Notes: generated by a model from the sequence alone, not told the origin. Shown: positions 10,488 to 21,437, counted from the first letter of the stretch. The stretch is 64,000 nt of DNA from Alphaproteobacteria bacterium (GCA_030054135.1 JASGCN010000001.1:18013-82012), one strand, 5' to 3'. Numbers and translations are program-made.

Positions 10488-10744
10488 TTTAGTCCAACAA
10501 CCGGAGTTGTTTGTGAATTAAGAAATGTATTATTAAATTTTTCTTTAGTATCATTGGGATCTCCAATGGCATATATAACACTTGTTACTCCTGCAATCAC
10601 AATGACAAGTACACATATACTCTGTAAATATGATAAAGAACTTTTTTTTGACTCTATATGTAAAGATGAGTGCTGTGTTGGGAGATAAAAATTTTTCATA
10701 ATTTTATTGTACATATATTGTACACATAGAATATCCAAAGGCAA
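10484..10744 (-). CDS. Small hypothetical membrane protein
   Basis: Fills the gap between comM and pcrA; one TM-like segment; start uncertain. Confidence 0.45.
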   Translation of the reverse strand: MPLDILCVQYMYNKIMKNFYLPTQHSSLHIESKKSSLSYLQSICVLVIVIAGVTSVIYAIGDPNDTKEKFNNTFLNSQTTPVVGLN

Positions 10745-10793
10745 GTATTTTTACACACTGTGATGTTTACACAATACCCCATATAATACCCCT

Positions 10794-12725
10794 ATGCATA
10801 AAAATACCTTTCTCAATGAACAGCAAAAAAAAGCAATCGCTACCACTGATCGATCACTCCTTATTGTAGCAGGAGCAGGCACTGGAAAAACGCGTGTACT
10901 TACAGAAAAAATTGCAAATCTTATCACACAAAAAATTGATTCAAAACATATACTAGCCCTCACTTTTACAAATAAAGCGGCAGACGAAATGCGCGCTCGT
11001 ATACAATCTCTTGTGGAATTACTTCCTTTTATTGGAACATTTCATGCGTTTGGAGTACACATACTACGAGAGCACGGAGAACATATTGGTGTTCCAAAAG
11101 ATTTTACCATCGCCGACAGAGATGATACTAATAGTATTGTTAGAAAAATACTAAAAGAAAAAAATATTCAAGATGTATCCCCACGTGTATGTATAAGCCA
11201 TATTGCGCGAATTAAAATACGCACACCTTCTGAAAAAAAACAATCCGTATCTCGTGCTGAAGAAATTGCTCGATTACTATATCCTGAATATGCACTTGCC
11301 CTACAAAGATCACACTTACTTGATTTTGAAGATTTACTCACAAAAAGCATACATGTATTAGAAGAGTTTCCAAACATACGCACTGCATATAATTTTTCTT
11401 ATATTCTTGTTGATGAATTTCAAGATACCGACACAACGCAAAATACATTACTGCATCTTTTAAAAGTTCCTCACACGAAAGTTATAGCGGTAGGAGACAG
11501 TGATCAAACTATTTATAGTTGGCGTGGTGCTCGAGTAGAGCATATGCTTACTTTTCAAGAAGATCATGCTCCAGCAACACATATTATATTAGATAAAAAT
11601 TATCGATCAACAAAAAACATTCTTGAAGCAGCAAATAGTATTATTTCAAAAAATACTCTCAGGTTTGAGAAAAATCTCACAACTGACGCAGACCGAGGAG
11701 GTCCTGTTCAATTTCTTGAATCTCATAATGAAGATGAAGAAGCAGATACTATTATTGATACATGTATACAGAAACACAAACAGGGAGCTCCGTACTCATC
11801 TATGGCAATACTCTATCGTGCAAATTTTCAATCACGCGCATTGGAACTTGCCTGTATTCGTGCACACATCCCATATCAAGTTATCGGGGTTCGTTTTTTT
11901 GAAAGAGCAGAAATAAAAAATTTACTTGCCTATTGCATTGTGATGCTTAACACACACGCAGAACACGCGTACACTCGTATTGCAAAAACTCTTGCCTGTT
12001 CAATAGGGACTCAAACGCTTAATTCATATTTCGCGTCAATAAAAAACAACACAACCCTCCCCCCTCGTATTGCAAAAAAAATTGAACCTCTTGTGCACAC
12101 ACTGTTTCGGTTAAAAAAAAATATCTCCGTGTATACACTTTCAAAATGGCTTTCCTCTCTTGTTGAAGATATACAATATGCAACATATCTTGCAAACACA
12201 TATGACAATCATCAAGAGCGTTTGCAAAGTGTTAAAGAGTTAATTGCTTTTGTAGAAAAATTTGATTACCTTGATGGAGAAACTGCTCTTCGTGCACTAT
12301 TAACTGACGCATCTCTTGGAAGTGACCAAGATGATTTGCGACATATTCATAACCAACGAGGAGTATCTCTTATGACAATTCACGCATCGAAGGGGCTCGA
12401 ATTTGATATCGTAGTGGTAGCTGGCATGGAAGAAGGGCTTTTTCCATACGAAGAACATTGGGGGGAAGAAAACGTCAGAGACCCAGAGGAAGAAAGACGA
12501 TTATGTTATGTTGCATTCACTCGAGCAAAAAAAGAACTTATATGTTCATATGCAAAAACCCGTTCAATTTTTGGAAAAAAAAATTATAAAGCTCCATCAA
12601 TATTTTTATACGACATTGGATTTAAAAATACTGAAATGTATTACAATTCCAATCAATCCAATACACTCAACCAATCTAAAAAAATAGAAGATTATATTGA
12701 TGAAGATGATTCTATTGTTTGGTAG
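10794..12725 (+). CDS. pcrA: UvrD/PcrA-family SF1 DNA helicase
   Basis: AGAGTGKT, VDEFQDT, VGDSDQTIYSWRGA, NYRST, TIHASKGLEF, EEERRLCYVAFTRA. Confidence 0.93.
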   Translation: MHKNTFLNEQQKKAIATTDRSLLIVAGAGTGKTRVLTEKIANLITQKIDSKHILALTFTNKAADEMRARIQSLVELLPFIGTFHAFGVHILREHGEHIGVPKDFTIADRDDTNSIVRKILKEKNIQDVSPRVCISHIARIKIRTPSEKKQSVSRAEEIARLLYPEYALALQRSHLLDFEDLLTKSIHVLEEFPNIRTAYNFSYILVDEFQDTDTTQNTLLHLLKVPHTKVIAVGDSDQTIYSWRGARVEHMLTFQEDHAPATHIILDKNYRSTKNILEAANSIISKNTLRFEKNLTTDADRGGPVQFLESHNEDEEADTIIDTCIQKHKQGAPYSSMAILYRANFQSRALELACIRAHIPYQVIGVRFFERAEIKNLLAYCIVMLNTHAEHAYTRIAKTLACSIGTQTLNSYFASIKNNTTLPPRIAKKIEPLVHTLFRLKKNISVYTLSKWLSSLVEDIQYATYLANTYDNHQERLQSVKELIAFVEKFDYLDGETALRALLTDASLGSDQDDLRHIHNQRGVSLMTIHASKGLEFDIVVVAGMEEGLFPYEEHWGEENVRDPEEERRLCYVAFTRAKKELICSYAKTRSIFGKKNYKAPSIFLYDIGFKNTEMYYNSNQSNTLNQSKKIEDYIDEDDSIVW

Positions 12726-12742
12726 TGGTACGCTATCCTTAT

Positions 12743-13501
12743 ATGTCTCGTCATACTCATCTTGGACAACATTTTCTTATTGACATTAACAGTATCGAAA
12801 CACTTGCTTCTGCATTGTCGTTGCCCCCAACAACACCAATTCTTGAGATAGGTCCTGGGCGTGGATCACTTACTCGCGCACTTCTTAAAAAATATCACAC
12901 CGTACATGCTATAGAAAAAGACCCTTCTCTTGTTGCATATCTTCAAGATCATTTTTCGACACACATAAAAAATGGATCTCTGAAGCTACATAATTTTGAT
13001 ATTCGAGATATCAATGCACATATTCATGTAATACCAGAAGGGTACGCTGTTATTGCAAATATCCCGTATTACATCACAGGATCTATTCTTACTGATTTTC
13101 TTACTCAAGAAAAAAAACCTACCGCTATGACACTTCTTATGCAAAATGAAGTAGCTCTTCGCATCACCAATAAAAAAAAATCATCTATTCTTTCACTTGC
13201 AGTTTCTCTGTATGGCACCCCACACTATATCTCTCTTGTATCTCATACTTCATTTGCTCCACCTCCAAAAGTTGAAAGTGCAATTATTACCATTACCGAT
13301 ATACGAAATGTTCCAAAAAATATCTCTACTGCTTTTTTTGCAATTGTGCACGCTGCATTTGCACATAAGCGTCAATACATGCTCAAACACATTAAACATG
13401 CTGGTATACAAGAGATATGCATGATGCACGGCATTACTAATACCACTCGCGCAGAAGATGTTCCATTTGAAACATGGCTTGCAATTGCAAAAAAAATATA
13501 A
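12743..13501 (+). CDS. rsmA: 16S rRNA m62A dimethyltransferase
   Basis: LGQHFL, LEIGPGRG, ANIPYYIT, FAPPPKVES. Confidence 0.93.
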   Translation: MSRHTHLGQHFLIDINSIETLASALSLPPTTPILEIGPGRGSLTRALLKKYHTVHAIEKDPSLVAYLQDHFSTHIKNGSLKLHNFDIRDINAHIHVIPEGYAVIANIPYYITGSILTDFLTQEKKPTAMTLLMQNEVALRITNKKKSSILSLAVSLYGTPHYISLVSHTSFAPPPKVESAIITITDIRNVPKNISTAFFAIVHAAFAHKRQYMLKHIKHAGIQEICMMHGITNTTRAEDVPFETWLAIAKKI

Positions 13502-13915
13502 TTATTTTGTAGGAATTTTTGATGTCCCCAAACGATATACATACCCCCAATAGGGAATAGCCGCAGTACCTATCGGACACGCAGCTCCAGACGGAATCCA
13601 AACAAATCTTCCAAATGCTGCAAATGAAGGTTCTACAATTGAACCTTTTTCAGCCATTACTGCAAATGGAACAAATATTGGGAATGGACTAAATTTATTT
13701 TGAACAGTAAATACAATTCCCAAATTGCATGGAGTAATACTAAGTATTCTTCCACCAAAACTTCTTAAAAAAACAGACGCCGCGATTGTACCTCCCACAA
13801 ACACGCCTGCAGAGCTATTTGATAATTGTGCAAATGATTTATGTATACCTATGAAAAAAAATAGAGTGGCGACTGTGACCAGTATAATTATTTTTCTAGT
13901 ATTCGTTACTATCAT
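13502..13915 (-). CDS. Small exported hypothetical protein with two Cys
   Basis: Signal-peptide-like N-terminus (..KSFA-Q); TATACT 6 nt upstream of the ATG. Confidence 0.65.
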   Translation of the reverse strand: MIVTNTRKIIILVTVATLFFFIGIHKSFAQLSNSSAGVFVGGTIAASVFLRSFGGRILSITPCNLGIVFTVQNKFSPFPIFVPFAVMAEKGSIVEPSFAAFGRFVWIPSGAACPIGTAAIPYWGYVYRLGTSKIPTK

Positions 13916-13946
13916 ACCAATAGTATACTCGTGTTACACTTTATAT

Positions 13947-14804
13947 ATGGCAGAACCGTATCCAAAAGAATACACCACGCGATTCACTGGATCTTATTAT
14001 AAAATATATATTGTATGCATATTAATACTAGGCAGTATTGTTGGTTTTTTGTATATAACAAAAAAAAATAATCCTCTACTCACTGTATCTTTGAGTAGCA
14101 ACACTACGTACGCAGAGACAGACTCAGATCAAGATTCTTATCCGGATTGGCTCGAACATGTTTCAGGATCAAATCCATATCAAAGTAATTCTGTCCCTGA
14201 AGGAAACATTCTTGATGAAGTATCAACATACATTCCTCCTGCCCGTAGACCTATTCCAAATGATTTATTAAAACTGACTGTTTCTCTTGCAAATGGGACT
14301 CTTACTGAATCTGAACAAAAACTTATTCAACAAAAAAGTATAGCGTATCTTACTGATACTCAATTAAATACATCTATCCCACCATTTGTGTATTCAATTA
14401 ATAATACTGTAAACCCAGCGTTAGTTGCTGAAACAATTTCTTTTGGATTACAAATTATGACCGTACCCGTTCCTATTGAAAAAGTTATTGCTGAATATTT
14501 AGCCGATCCAATCGCCAATGAAGCAAAAATTAAAAATGTCTCTATTCGTTGTGCACGAGCACTTAAAATATTTCCACGTGCAATTCCATCCGCTATAGAA
14601 ATTGAATACAAAAAGATTGTTTTTCGTATTGCGAGACTTTGCGAAGCAACCAACATTGCTTCAACCGGAACCACTTTTGATGAATTTGTTTACATGGCTT
14701 ATTTACTTGTTACCACAGAGTTTACTGCAAATAATTTTAGAAATGATTACATAACAACTATCACCAAACTTGGTGATACACTTGACGTACTAATTAAAAA
14801 ATAA
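13947..14804 (+). CDS. Membrane-anchored protein with thrombospondin type-3-like Ca-binding motif
   Basis: TM segment then DSDQDSYPDWLEHVSGSNP; start moved to ATG 13947 (TACACT 6 nt upstream; avoids overlap with the divergent gene). Confidence 0.7.
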   Translation: MAEPYPKEYTTRFTGSYYKIYIVCILILGSIVGFLYITKKNNPLLTVSLSSNTTYAETDSDQDSYPDWLEHVSGSNPYQSNSVPEGNILDEVSTYIPPARRPIPNDLLKLTVSLANGTLTESEQKLIQQKSIAYLTDTQLNTSIPPFVYSINNTVNPALVAETISFGLQIMTVPVPIEKVIAEYLADPIANEAKIKNVSIRCARALKIFPRAIPSAIEIEYKKIVFRIARLCEATNIASTGTTFDEFVYMAYLLVTTEFTANNFRNDYITTITKLGDTLDVLIKK

Positions 14805-14832
14805 ACACATTTATACGATATACTACGCGTAT

Positions 14833-17295
14833 ATGATTTCTGTTCGTGCATTGCTCTTAGGAGGATTATCTGTTGCGGCAGTGCTTGGAATTTATTTTGC
14901 CCTTAATCAAGATAGTGCACAAAATCCAACTACTACAGTTCGCCCACCCACCGAAGAACCTGATGTATTCGGTGGTGTTATTGAAGTTCCTGGTGAAGAC
15001 CAAGCTTTTTTTGATAAACTATTTAGACGCCCAAGTACACCCCTCCCACCGAAGAATGAAAACGTTTTTGTTCCGCCAACTAATATTCAATCAGAAACAT
15101 TTATTCCCGACATCGTTCCTGGAACTCCATACACCAGGTCAGAACTTCTCAATCTTGGTATTGATCCGCTTTTATATTTACAAATTACTAACAATCCATT
15201 TATTCCTACCTATACACCATATATAGCCCCCACAAATTCAAATACTTCAACAATCACAACAACGACTACACAATTACTTGCGAACAATTCAGAAGTTGAT
15301 GCCGCTATTGGAACTGATGTAGTTAATGATGCAATTTTTAAAGAAAATATTGAATTAATAGCACCAGCAAAAAAAACTACTCTTGGTGATGCAGTAAAAC
15401 AATTTGGCATTTCACTTGCAACTTCCATTGCTTTGTGTAAATCATTAGAGGCAATTTTTCCAGAAGGAGTCGCTGTAAACGAAGGAGGAACTGCAAAAGA
15501 CTGCGGTCTTGATTCGCTGGCAGAAAGCTTGGAATATTCATTTATAAAAAAATTAGCAAATCAATATGCGCAATGGGCATCAACTGGGTTTCAAGGAAAA
15601 CCTCTTGATCTTGACAATCCAATTGCATTTTGGAATGATGTTACCGAATATGTTACTTCTGAATATAATGCTGGATGGGATCCAAACAATCTTGCATGTA
15701 GCTTTGGGCCAGATATTCAAGCAAAATTGCGCATTGCTCTTTCAACTGGAGACACCTCTCTACAAAAAAAAGGATGTTCCACTTCTGATATTATTAAAAA
15801 CACACTTCGTGTAGTAAATGAAACCGCAAAAGGTCTTGCGAGCGCTGCCATTACTCCTGTGGAAAGCAAAACCATAGCTCTTGAACAAGCAAGGTACGAA
15901 CGCGCTAAAGCCCAAGCGAGATTAGAAGATCAACGGCGCTACACCGAAGCAAATGGAAAATTGGCAGCCCTTAGTGGATGCAACAGTAGTGATATTAATT
16001 ACTCAATTTTTACTAATAAAATAAGTGCTCTTATTAATACAAGCATGCTTCCTTCAAAAGTTTTTGAAGAAGTAAATACAATTCTTGGTGATGCTGGAGC
16101 TCAAAAACTTGGAGGAATAAACAATTATGTAGATGCACGATATGAGGCTTCGTATCAATTAAATAAAAAGTTAAATTTTGAAGCAGATGTAAATTTTGGT
16201 GAACTTGTTTTGGGAAATACAAAAGAAGGATTTTCAGGTAGTGAAAACGCTAGCATTTTGGAAGATCCAATTTTATCAGAACAACGAGCACGAATCATTG
16301 CTGCCGCTACTACCCTATTAGAAAGCAAAATAAAACAAAAATTTCCAGATCTAAAAGATTGTAAAAAAGTGGATTCTGCAGAAGAAAATAAAGAAAAAGA
16401 AGATAACAAAACTGACCTAGAAAAAGCAAAATTAAAAAAAGAAGCTCGACTTGAGGGCATTGCAAAACTAGTAATCGATGCGAGTATTAAAGGACTTATA
16501 AAAGGAGGAGTCAATGCGAGTCCAGGACTCAGCACAAAAACAACAGCAGAGCTAGAGCGATTCTGTTTACAAGCAAAAAAGACAGTTATAGTAGGGAAAC
16601 CAGGCTCAACTGATGATTGTTTTGATGGTCGTGAAAATCTAACCCCTCCTGTACGAGTATCAGTTACTTGTTTTGAAAATAGAACAGTAATAAAAGATGA
16701 GATTCTTTTTGACGGTTCCTACTACAAGGTAGTGGTCGGTGGGAAATGTTCTCCAAAAGGTGGTGATGTTATTGTGGTTCAAGAAATAGAAGAATCATCT
16801 CAAAAAAGTACTCCTGTGGATAGTGTAGACAAAGAAAATATTATCAAACCACCAACAGAAGAAGGAGCTGCCCCAAGTACGGCTACAGGTGCTCTCACAG
16901 ATACTGAGAAAAAAATATGGATGTATAATTATGCGCTTGTTCTTTACAGACAACCAAACTCGAATAATGATGCATCTATTAAAATAAATAGAGAAACAAT
17001 AAAAAATGTTGGCTACGAGGATCTCAAAAAAATTGTTGACGCAAAATTAATTTTTAATACTGCGGAAGAATACACAAACGCATGTAAGCAATTGATAAAT
17101 AATGATAGGGGTAAGGATTGGATATTAGGCGCAGGGGGAAACGACATTGACGTCTTTAAAAACAACAAATTAAGAGGCAGTGGGGTGAGCAGTACCAAGG
17201 GTATATGTTATATACAATCAAACCCTAATAAACAAAAATCATTAGATAGCTATATACAAGAAACATTAACAGCATTAGGAATCGAACAGAAATAG
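14833..17295 (+). CDS. Large exported Cys-containing hypothetical protein
   Basis: 820-aa ORF with N-terminal hydrophobic anchor, Pro/Thr-rich linker, coiled-coil stretches and many Cys. Confidence 0.8.
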   Translation: MISVRALLLGGLSVAAVLGIYFALNQDSAQNPTTTVRPPTEEPDVFGGVIEVPGEDQAFFDKLFRRPSTPLPPKNENVFVPPTNIQSETFIPDIVPGTPYTRSELLNLGIDPLLYLQITNNPFIPTYTPYIAPTNSNTSTITTTTTQLLANNSEVDAAIGTDVVNDAIFKENIELIAPAKKTTLGDAVKQFGISLATSIALCKSLEAIFPEGVAVNEGGTAKDCGLDSLAESLEYSFIKKLANQYAQWASTGFQGKPLDLDNPIAFWNDVTEYVTSEYNAGWDPNNLACSFGPDIQAKLRIALSTGDTSLQKKGCSTSDIIKNTLRVVNETAKGLASAAITPVESKTIALEQARYERAKAQARLEDQRRYTEANGKLAALSGCNSSDINYSIFTNKISALINTSMLPSKVFEEVNTILGDAGAQKLGGINNYVDARYEASYQLNKKLNFEADVNFGELVLGNTKEGFSGSENASILEDPILSEQRARIIAAATTLLESKIKQKFPDLKDCKKVDSAEENKEKEDNKTDLEKAKLKKEARLEGIAKLVIDASIKGLIKGGVNASPGLSTKTTAELERFCLQAKKTVIVGKPGSTDDCFDGRENLTPPVRVSVTCFENRTVIKDEILFDGSYYKVVVGGKCSPKGGDVIVVQEIEESSQKSTPVDSVDKENIIKPPTEEGAAPSTATGALTDTEKKIWMYNYALVLYRQPNSNNDASIKINRETIKNVGYEDLKKIVDAKLIFNTAEEYTNACKQLINNDRGKDWILGAGGNDIDVFKNNKLRGSGVSSTKGICYIQSNPNKQKSLDSYIQETLTALGIEQK

Positions 17296-17323
17296 AAGAT
17301 ATTAATCTTGTATACTGTGTATA

Positions 17324-19138
17324 ATGAGTATTGCATTACGATATATTTTTATTGTTATTTTATTTTTTGTACTGTGTGCATATACTGCGTATGCACAAAT
17401 TGCAACGACAGGAATCACTGACAATTTCACCGGAAATAGCACTGAGGTTGAATCTATTTTTTCTAATAATGTTTACACTGATTTGAGCACTGCTGATGGA
17501 TATCAAAAAGCAACTACCAAAAGTTTTCATGCACGTGTACGCCAATACCTGTATCTTTTATCTGATGCAAAAAATATTCTTCTTACATTTCCTCATCGTG
17601 GGGGTCTGCGTGTAAAATTAAAAAAATCAAGTGAACCCGATGATGGATTTCCAGGCATTGTAGATACATCTCTTAATGTATTTCCAGTTACAGAAACACA
17701 ACGTGACACTATTCTTTCTATTATCGCCATTAAAGATGACAGTTCAATTAAAAATATAGGCGAAATAAATAATTTTAAAACAGCTTTTAATGATACCTAT
17801 GGAAGAATAAAAAATATGGCTACATGTGACATTGCTCCTGTGTATGTTGAAGCTACCATTAGTGCAGAACATAAAATAAAAAGTGTGCCCTATGAATTAA
17901 TAGGAGGAGCCACTATACATGTGTGTGCTACTCACAAGTATACTCTTTCAACATATAATTTTAAAGATAATGTATCTTTAATACAAAATGATATAAATGA
18001 AATTGAAAAAAATATATCGTTGTTAAAAAAATATGAACAAGTGTATGGAGATACTCGAGAATATCTTGATGCCTACATTATTGCGTTAAACTCAAAAGAA
18101 GATAAAGGACGAAGTGAAGAAAATGAAGTGCTTATTGCAGAAGCGCAGCGAGATAAAGAATGTTTGTTTGGTATACAAATTGCAGGAAATAGTCCAAAAA
18201 TAGAATCTTACCAAACCTGTCAATTTGCACCCACAGAAAATAATATTATTGATGGGGTATCTGGAAGTACACAAAACTACAATATAGAAACCGGCTTATA
18301 CGATAAGGGACAAAAAAATATTATTCCTACATATAAAGGAGAATTTGTTCCTCTATATGTAAATCCGCGATTGCCAGAATTAATTGCAACAACAAAAACT
18401 GTAGCATCGTTACAAAAAGAAACACTCATATCAGGTATTTCTCCATCAAGTACTTCTAAAAAAACTGTAGTGAATGTTGATGAAGTAAAAGAATTTCTTA
18501 CAAAAAAACCAGCTCTCTACTATGGTGGTGTGCTCCCTGCAAAATGTTTTACCAACATATCTGCTACTACACAAGTAACTGGGTATATCCGACTTAACTG
18601 TTCACTAGCTGATATTAATATTTCTTTCGCAAAACGGATTAAAAAAATTCCCAATGAGACTTCTGTTCGTCAATTGCTTGCCATTATGCGTGAACTTTCA
18701 GATACAAAAGAATTCACTGGTGTTACAGTTAAAAAAACAGATGTTGCAAAAGAAGAATCTCCAAAATGTATAAATAACGACCTCGCAAAAATTATTACCG
18801 GCGTGCTTAAAGTTGTGAGTATTGTACCTGGATTGGGAGGAGATGGTGTAGATGATAGTTGTAAAAGTTACCCAAGGGGAGAAAGCGCTGATGGATCTTT
18901 TACTGTTTGGACAACAGAACTTGTTAAAAGACAAGCACCGCTTGTTTCTTTATTTTCTATAGCTGATATTTACAAATATGCTCCTCCTACACCAACAACT
19001 GAAGAAGCATCAGATCTTAAAACAAAAAATTTAAAGCCCCTTCTTGGCACTATTCCAGTAAGTGAATTGGTTAAATTATATCGAAATGGGCTTCGTGAAC
19101 GCTGGGTGCAAAAACAAATTGAAAACCTGGTAAAATAG
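17324..19138 (+). CDS. Exported Cys-containing hypothetical protein
   Basis: 604-aa ORF with signal peptide (AYTAYA-Q) and multiple Cys. Confidence 0.8.
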   Translation: MSIALRYIFIVILFFVLCAYTAYAQIATTGITDNFTGNSTEVESIFSNNVYTDLSTADGYQKATTKSFHARVRQYLYLLSDAKNILLTFPHRGGLRVKLKKSSEPDDGFPGIVDTSLNVFPVTETQRDTILSIIAIKDDSSIKNIGEINNFKTAFNDTYGRIKNMATCDIAPVYVEATISAEHKIKSVPYELIGGATIHVCATHKYTLSTYNFKDNVSLIQNDINEIEKNISLLKKYEQVYGDTREYLDAYIIALNSKEDKGRSEENEVLIAEAQRDKECLFGIQIAGNSPKIESYQTCQFAPTENNIIDGVSGSTQNYNIETGLYDKGQKNIIPTYKGEFVPLYVNPRLPELIATTKTVASLQKETLISGISPSSTSKKTVVNVDEVKEFLTKKPALYYGGVLPAKCFTNISATTQVTGYIRLNCSLADINISFAKRIKKIPNETSVRQLLAIMRELSDTKEFTGVTVKKTDVAKEESPKCINNDLAKIITGVLKVVSIVPGLGGDGVDDSCKSYPRGESADGSFTVWTTELVKRQAPLVSLFSIADIYKYAPPTPTTEEASDLKTKNLKPLLGTIPVSELVKLYRNGLRERWVQKQIENLVK

Positions 19139-19148
19139 AGACAGCTAT

Positions 19149-21230
19149 ATGTTTTTTATCACCACAACACGAATACGGGCATGCGTTCTTGTAATAATAA
19201 TTGCGAGTATATTTTTACTGCTATACTCATCTCATGGATATGCCATTAGCGTAGCAGGTGCAGTGGAAGATGCTCTTTCAACAATTCTTAAAGGATTGAT
19301 TTTATTAATTGCATCTATGTTGAACATCATACTTTCTATTGTTCTGACATTTGCAGAATTTACACTACGATTAGTAAGTTTGGTAATTAATCTTAATTTA
19401 AGCATTGTTGGATTTTTTATTAATTTTGGAATTTTTGGAATAGTGGCAAACATCTTAAAAGATATTATTAACCTATTTATTATCGGAGCATTGATATGGT
19501 TGGCAATAAAAAATCTTTTCACTGAAGAAGCAGAGGCTTCAATTGGGAAAAAAATGCTTATTATTTTTGCAACAATTATTGTAGTAAACTTTAGTGGGTA
19601 TATTATATTATTTCTTGTTGACGCGTCAACATATATATTACAGTTTTCTTCTTATTATTATATTGATTCTAGTCCAAGAGAAGGTTTTGATCCAAATCTA
19701 GTCAATTTTGTACAACACAATCTAAATATTGTAAGATCACTTAATACTGAAACAATAAACGTTGATAACGCATTGGGGATTATGTTCCCATTTCTAGGAC
19801 TTACAGCGGTGTTTTTTTTAATGTTTATATTTTTTAGAGTATGTATGCTTTTAATCATACGATTTATATACACACTTCTTATTATTATGTGCGCACCGTT
19901 GCTAGGAATACAATTTATTAATTCTGCTGCAAGTGGGAATGCTGGCATAGACTATCCTTTTAAAACACAAATAAAAGCAATAGTTGATGAATGGTGGAAT
20001 CAGTTGATAAAAGTATTTCTTTTTATCCCTATATTTTTGCTCGGTATTGGAATTCTTGGAGAAATAATTTCAGATCTCATTGTTCAGAGTGGGTCAAGTT
20101 TTTCAACTAAGCTCGATGTGAAAGGTGTGGCACTTGCACGTAATCAAACACAACTTGCATTTATTCTTCTCATGGTTATTGGATATGGCATTGTATTAAA
20201 AAAAGCTGTTGATTTTGTTGATAGTAAAATTGAAAAAACTATAACAAAAAAAACATGGGACTGGGCATATAGAAAATTTGTTGTTAGCCCTGCAGGACGT
20301 TTCGCAGGAAAAGCAGTTCAAATTGCAGAAAAATATAAACCTACACGCGCTATTTTAAATGGAATAAAATCAGCAGACGAATGGAGAAAAAATACAGACA
20401 ACAGATCTAATAAAGAAATATTTGCAAGTGCATATACTGCTGCAAAAAATAAATTTGAACCTACTGTAGAGCTTAAAAATAATGAATACATAAGAAAACC
20501 AAGCTCTACACTTAATAGGCTGCAAACACAATTAATTGATTTAGAAACAAGAAAAAATGTGGCCGCCAGTAAAAACCAATCAACTGAATCTTTCGATACT
20601 GAAATAAAAAAAATAGGGAAAGAAATAGGGCGTTTAAAAATTACCGAAGATGCAGAAGTAAAACAATATGCTACAAAACTTGCAGTTGATAGTGCTACAC
20701 CCAATTCAACACAAAAAGATGAAGACCAACTTATTAAAGCGGCAGAGAAAATACACAAAACCGCTATCACGCATACAGAAAAAATAGCTTCCATAAAAAA
20801 AAGAGATGACATTACTGATAAAGAAAAACAAATGGAAATTGGTAAAGTAGATACGATAGCAGGAGAAAATTTTTCTGCCGCCATGAATAGTATAACTAAT
20901 AGATCGAATCAAAAAAGTTATGAACAAAATATTCTAAACCCCAAGAGTAGATTTTTAGAAACTATGTATGGCGACGATTTTGCAAGAGTTGCGCGTGGAC
21001 AATCATCCCAAACTCCGCCATCTACATCAACTCCGCCGCCTGCATCAACTCCGCCATCTGCACCACTAGAATTGATGCCCCAAGAAGCACCACTAGAATT
21101 GATGCCCCAAGAAGCACCACTAGAATTGATGCCCCAAGAAGCACCACTAGAATTGATGCCCGAAGAAGGAACACAAGAAGAAGTAAATGCTACTTTGAGA
21201 GAATTGAAAAAAATAGTAGAAAATAAATGA
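19149..21230 (+). CDS. Polytopic membrane protein, VirB6/TrbL-like, with long C-terminal tail
   Basis: Multiple TM helices, RFIYTLLIIMCAPL and WWNQLIK segments typical of VirB6-like proteins, position upstream of PrgI/VirB4. Confidence 0.6.
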   Translation: MFFITTTRIRACVLVIIIASIFLLLYSSHGYAISVAGAVEDALSTILKGLILLIASMLNIILSIVLTFAEFTLRLVSLVINLNLSIVGFFINFGIFGIVANILKDIINLFIIGALIWLAIKNLFTEEAEASIGKKMLIIFATIIVVNFSGYIILFLVDASTYILQFSSYYYIDSSPREGFDPNLVNFVQHNLNIVRSLNTETINVDNALGIMFPFLGLTAVFFLMFIFFRVCMLLIIRFIYTLLIIMCAPLLGIQFINSAASGNAGIDYPFKTQIKAIVDEWWNQLIKVFLFIPIFLLGIGILGEIISDLIVQSGSSFSTKLDVKGVALARNQTQLAFILLMVIGYGIVLKKAVDFVDSKIEKTITKKTWDWAYRKFVVSPAGRFAGKAVQIAEKYKPTRAILNGIKSADEWRKNTDNRSNKEIFASAYTAAKNKFEPTVELKNNEYIRKPSSTLNRLQTQLIDLETRKNVAASKNQSTESFDTEIKKIGKEIGRLKITEDAEVKQYATKLAVDSATPNSTQKDEDQLIKAAEKIHKTAITHTEKIASIKKRDDITDKEKQMEIGKVDTIAGENFSAAMNSITNRSNQKSYEQNILNPKSRFLETMYGDDFARVARGQSSQTPPSTSTPPPASTPPSAPLELMPQEAPLELMPQEAPLELMPQEAPLELMPEEGTQEEVNATLRELKKIVENK
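21010..21063 (+). repeat. Three imperfect 18-bp tandem units (TPPxxS)
   Basis: AAACTCCGCCATCTACAT / CAACTCCGCCGCCTGCAT / CAACTCCGCCATCTGCAC. Confidence 0.8.
21060..21167 (+). repeat. Four 27-bp in-frame tandem repeats (APLELMPQE)
   Basis: GCACCACTAGAATTGATGCCCCAAGAA x3 exact plus one copy with a single change; no spacers. Confidence 0.97.
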
Positions 21231-21437
21231 CATTTTTAAAATTCACAATGTATTAATAAAATCATTTCACCAAAACTACACGTATACTTTAGAAAAAATA
21301 ATGCCCTAATTGATCCAACATAATGGCAATAATCACAGACACATGTATCTCTAGGAGATATTACAACAAACGGTGTATATCAAAATAATAATCACATGTG
21401 ATTACCAATACAATTCAAAATGCTATGATACATATAT

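Noticed and set aside
21060-21167. 27-bp repeats as a CRISPR array
   Set aside because: Units are directly adjacent with no spacers, in frame within a CDS, and no cas genes are visible
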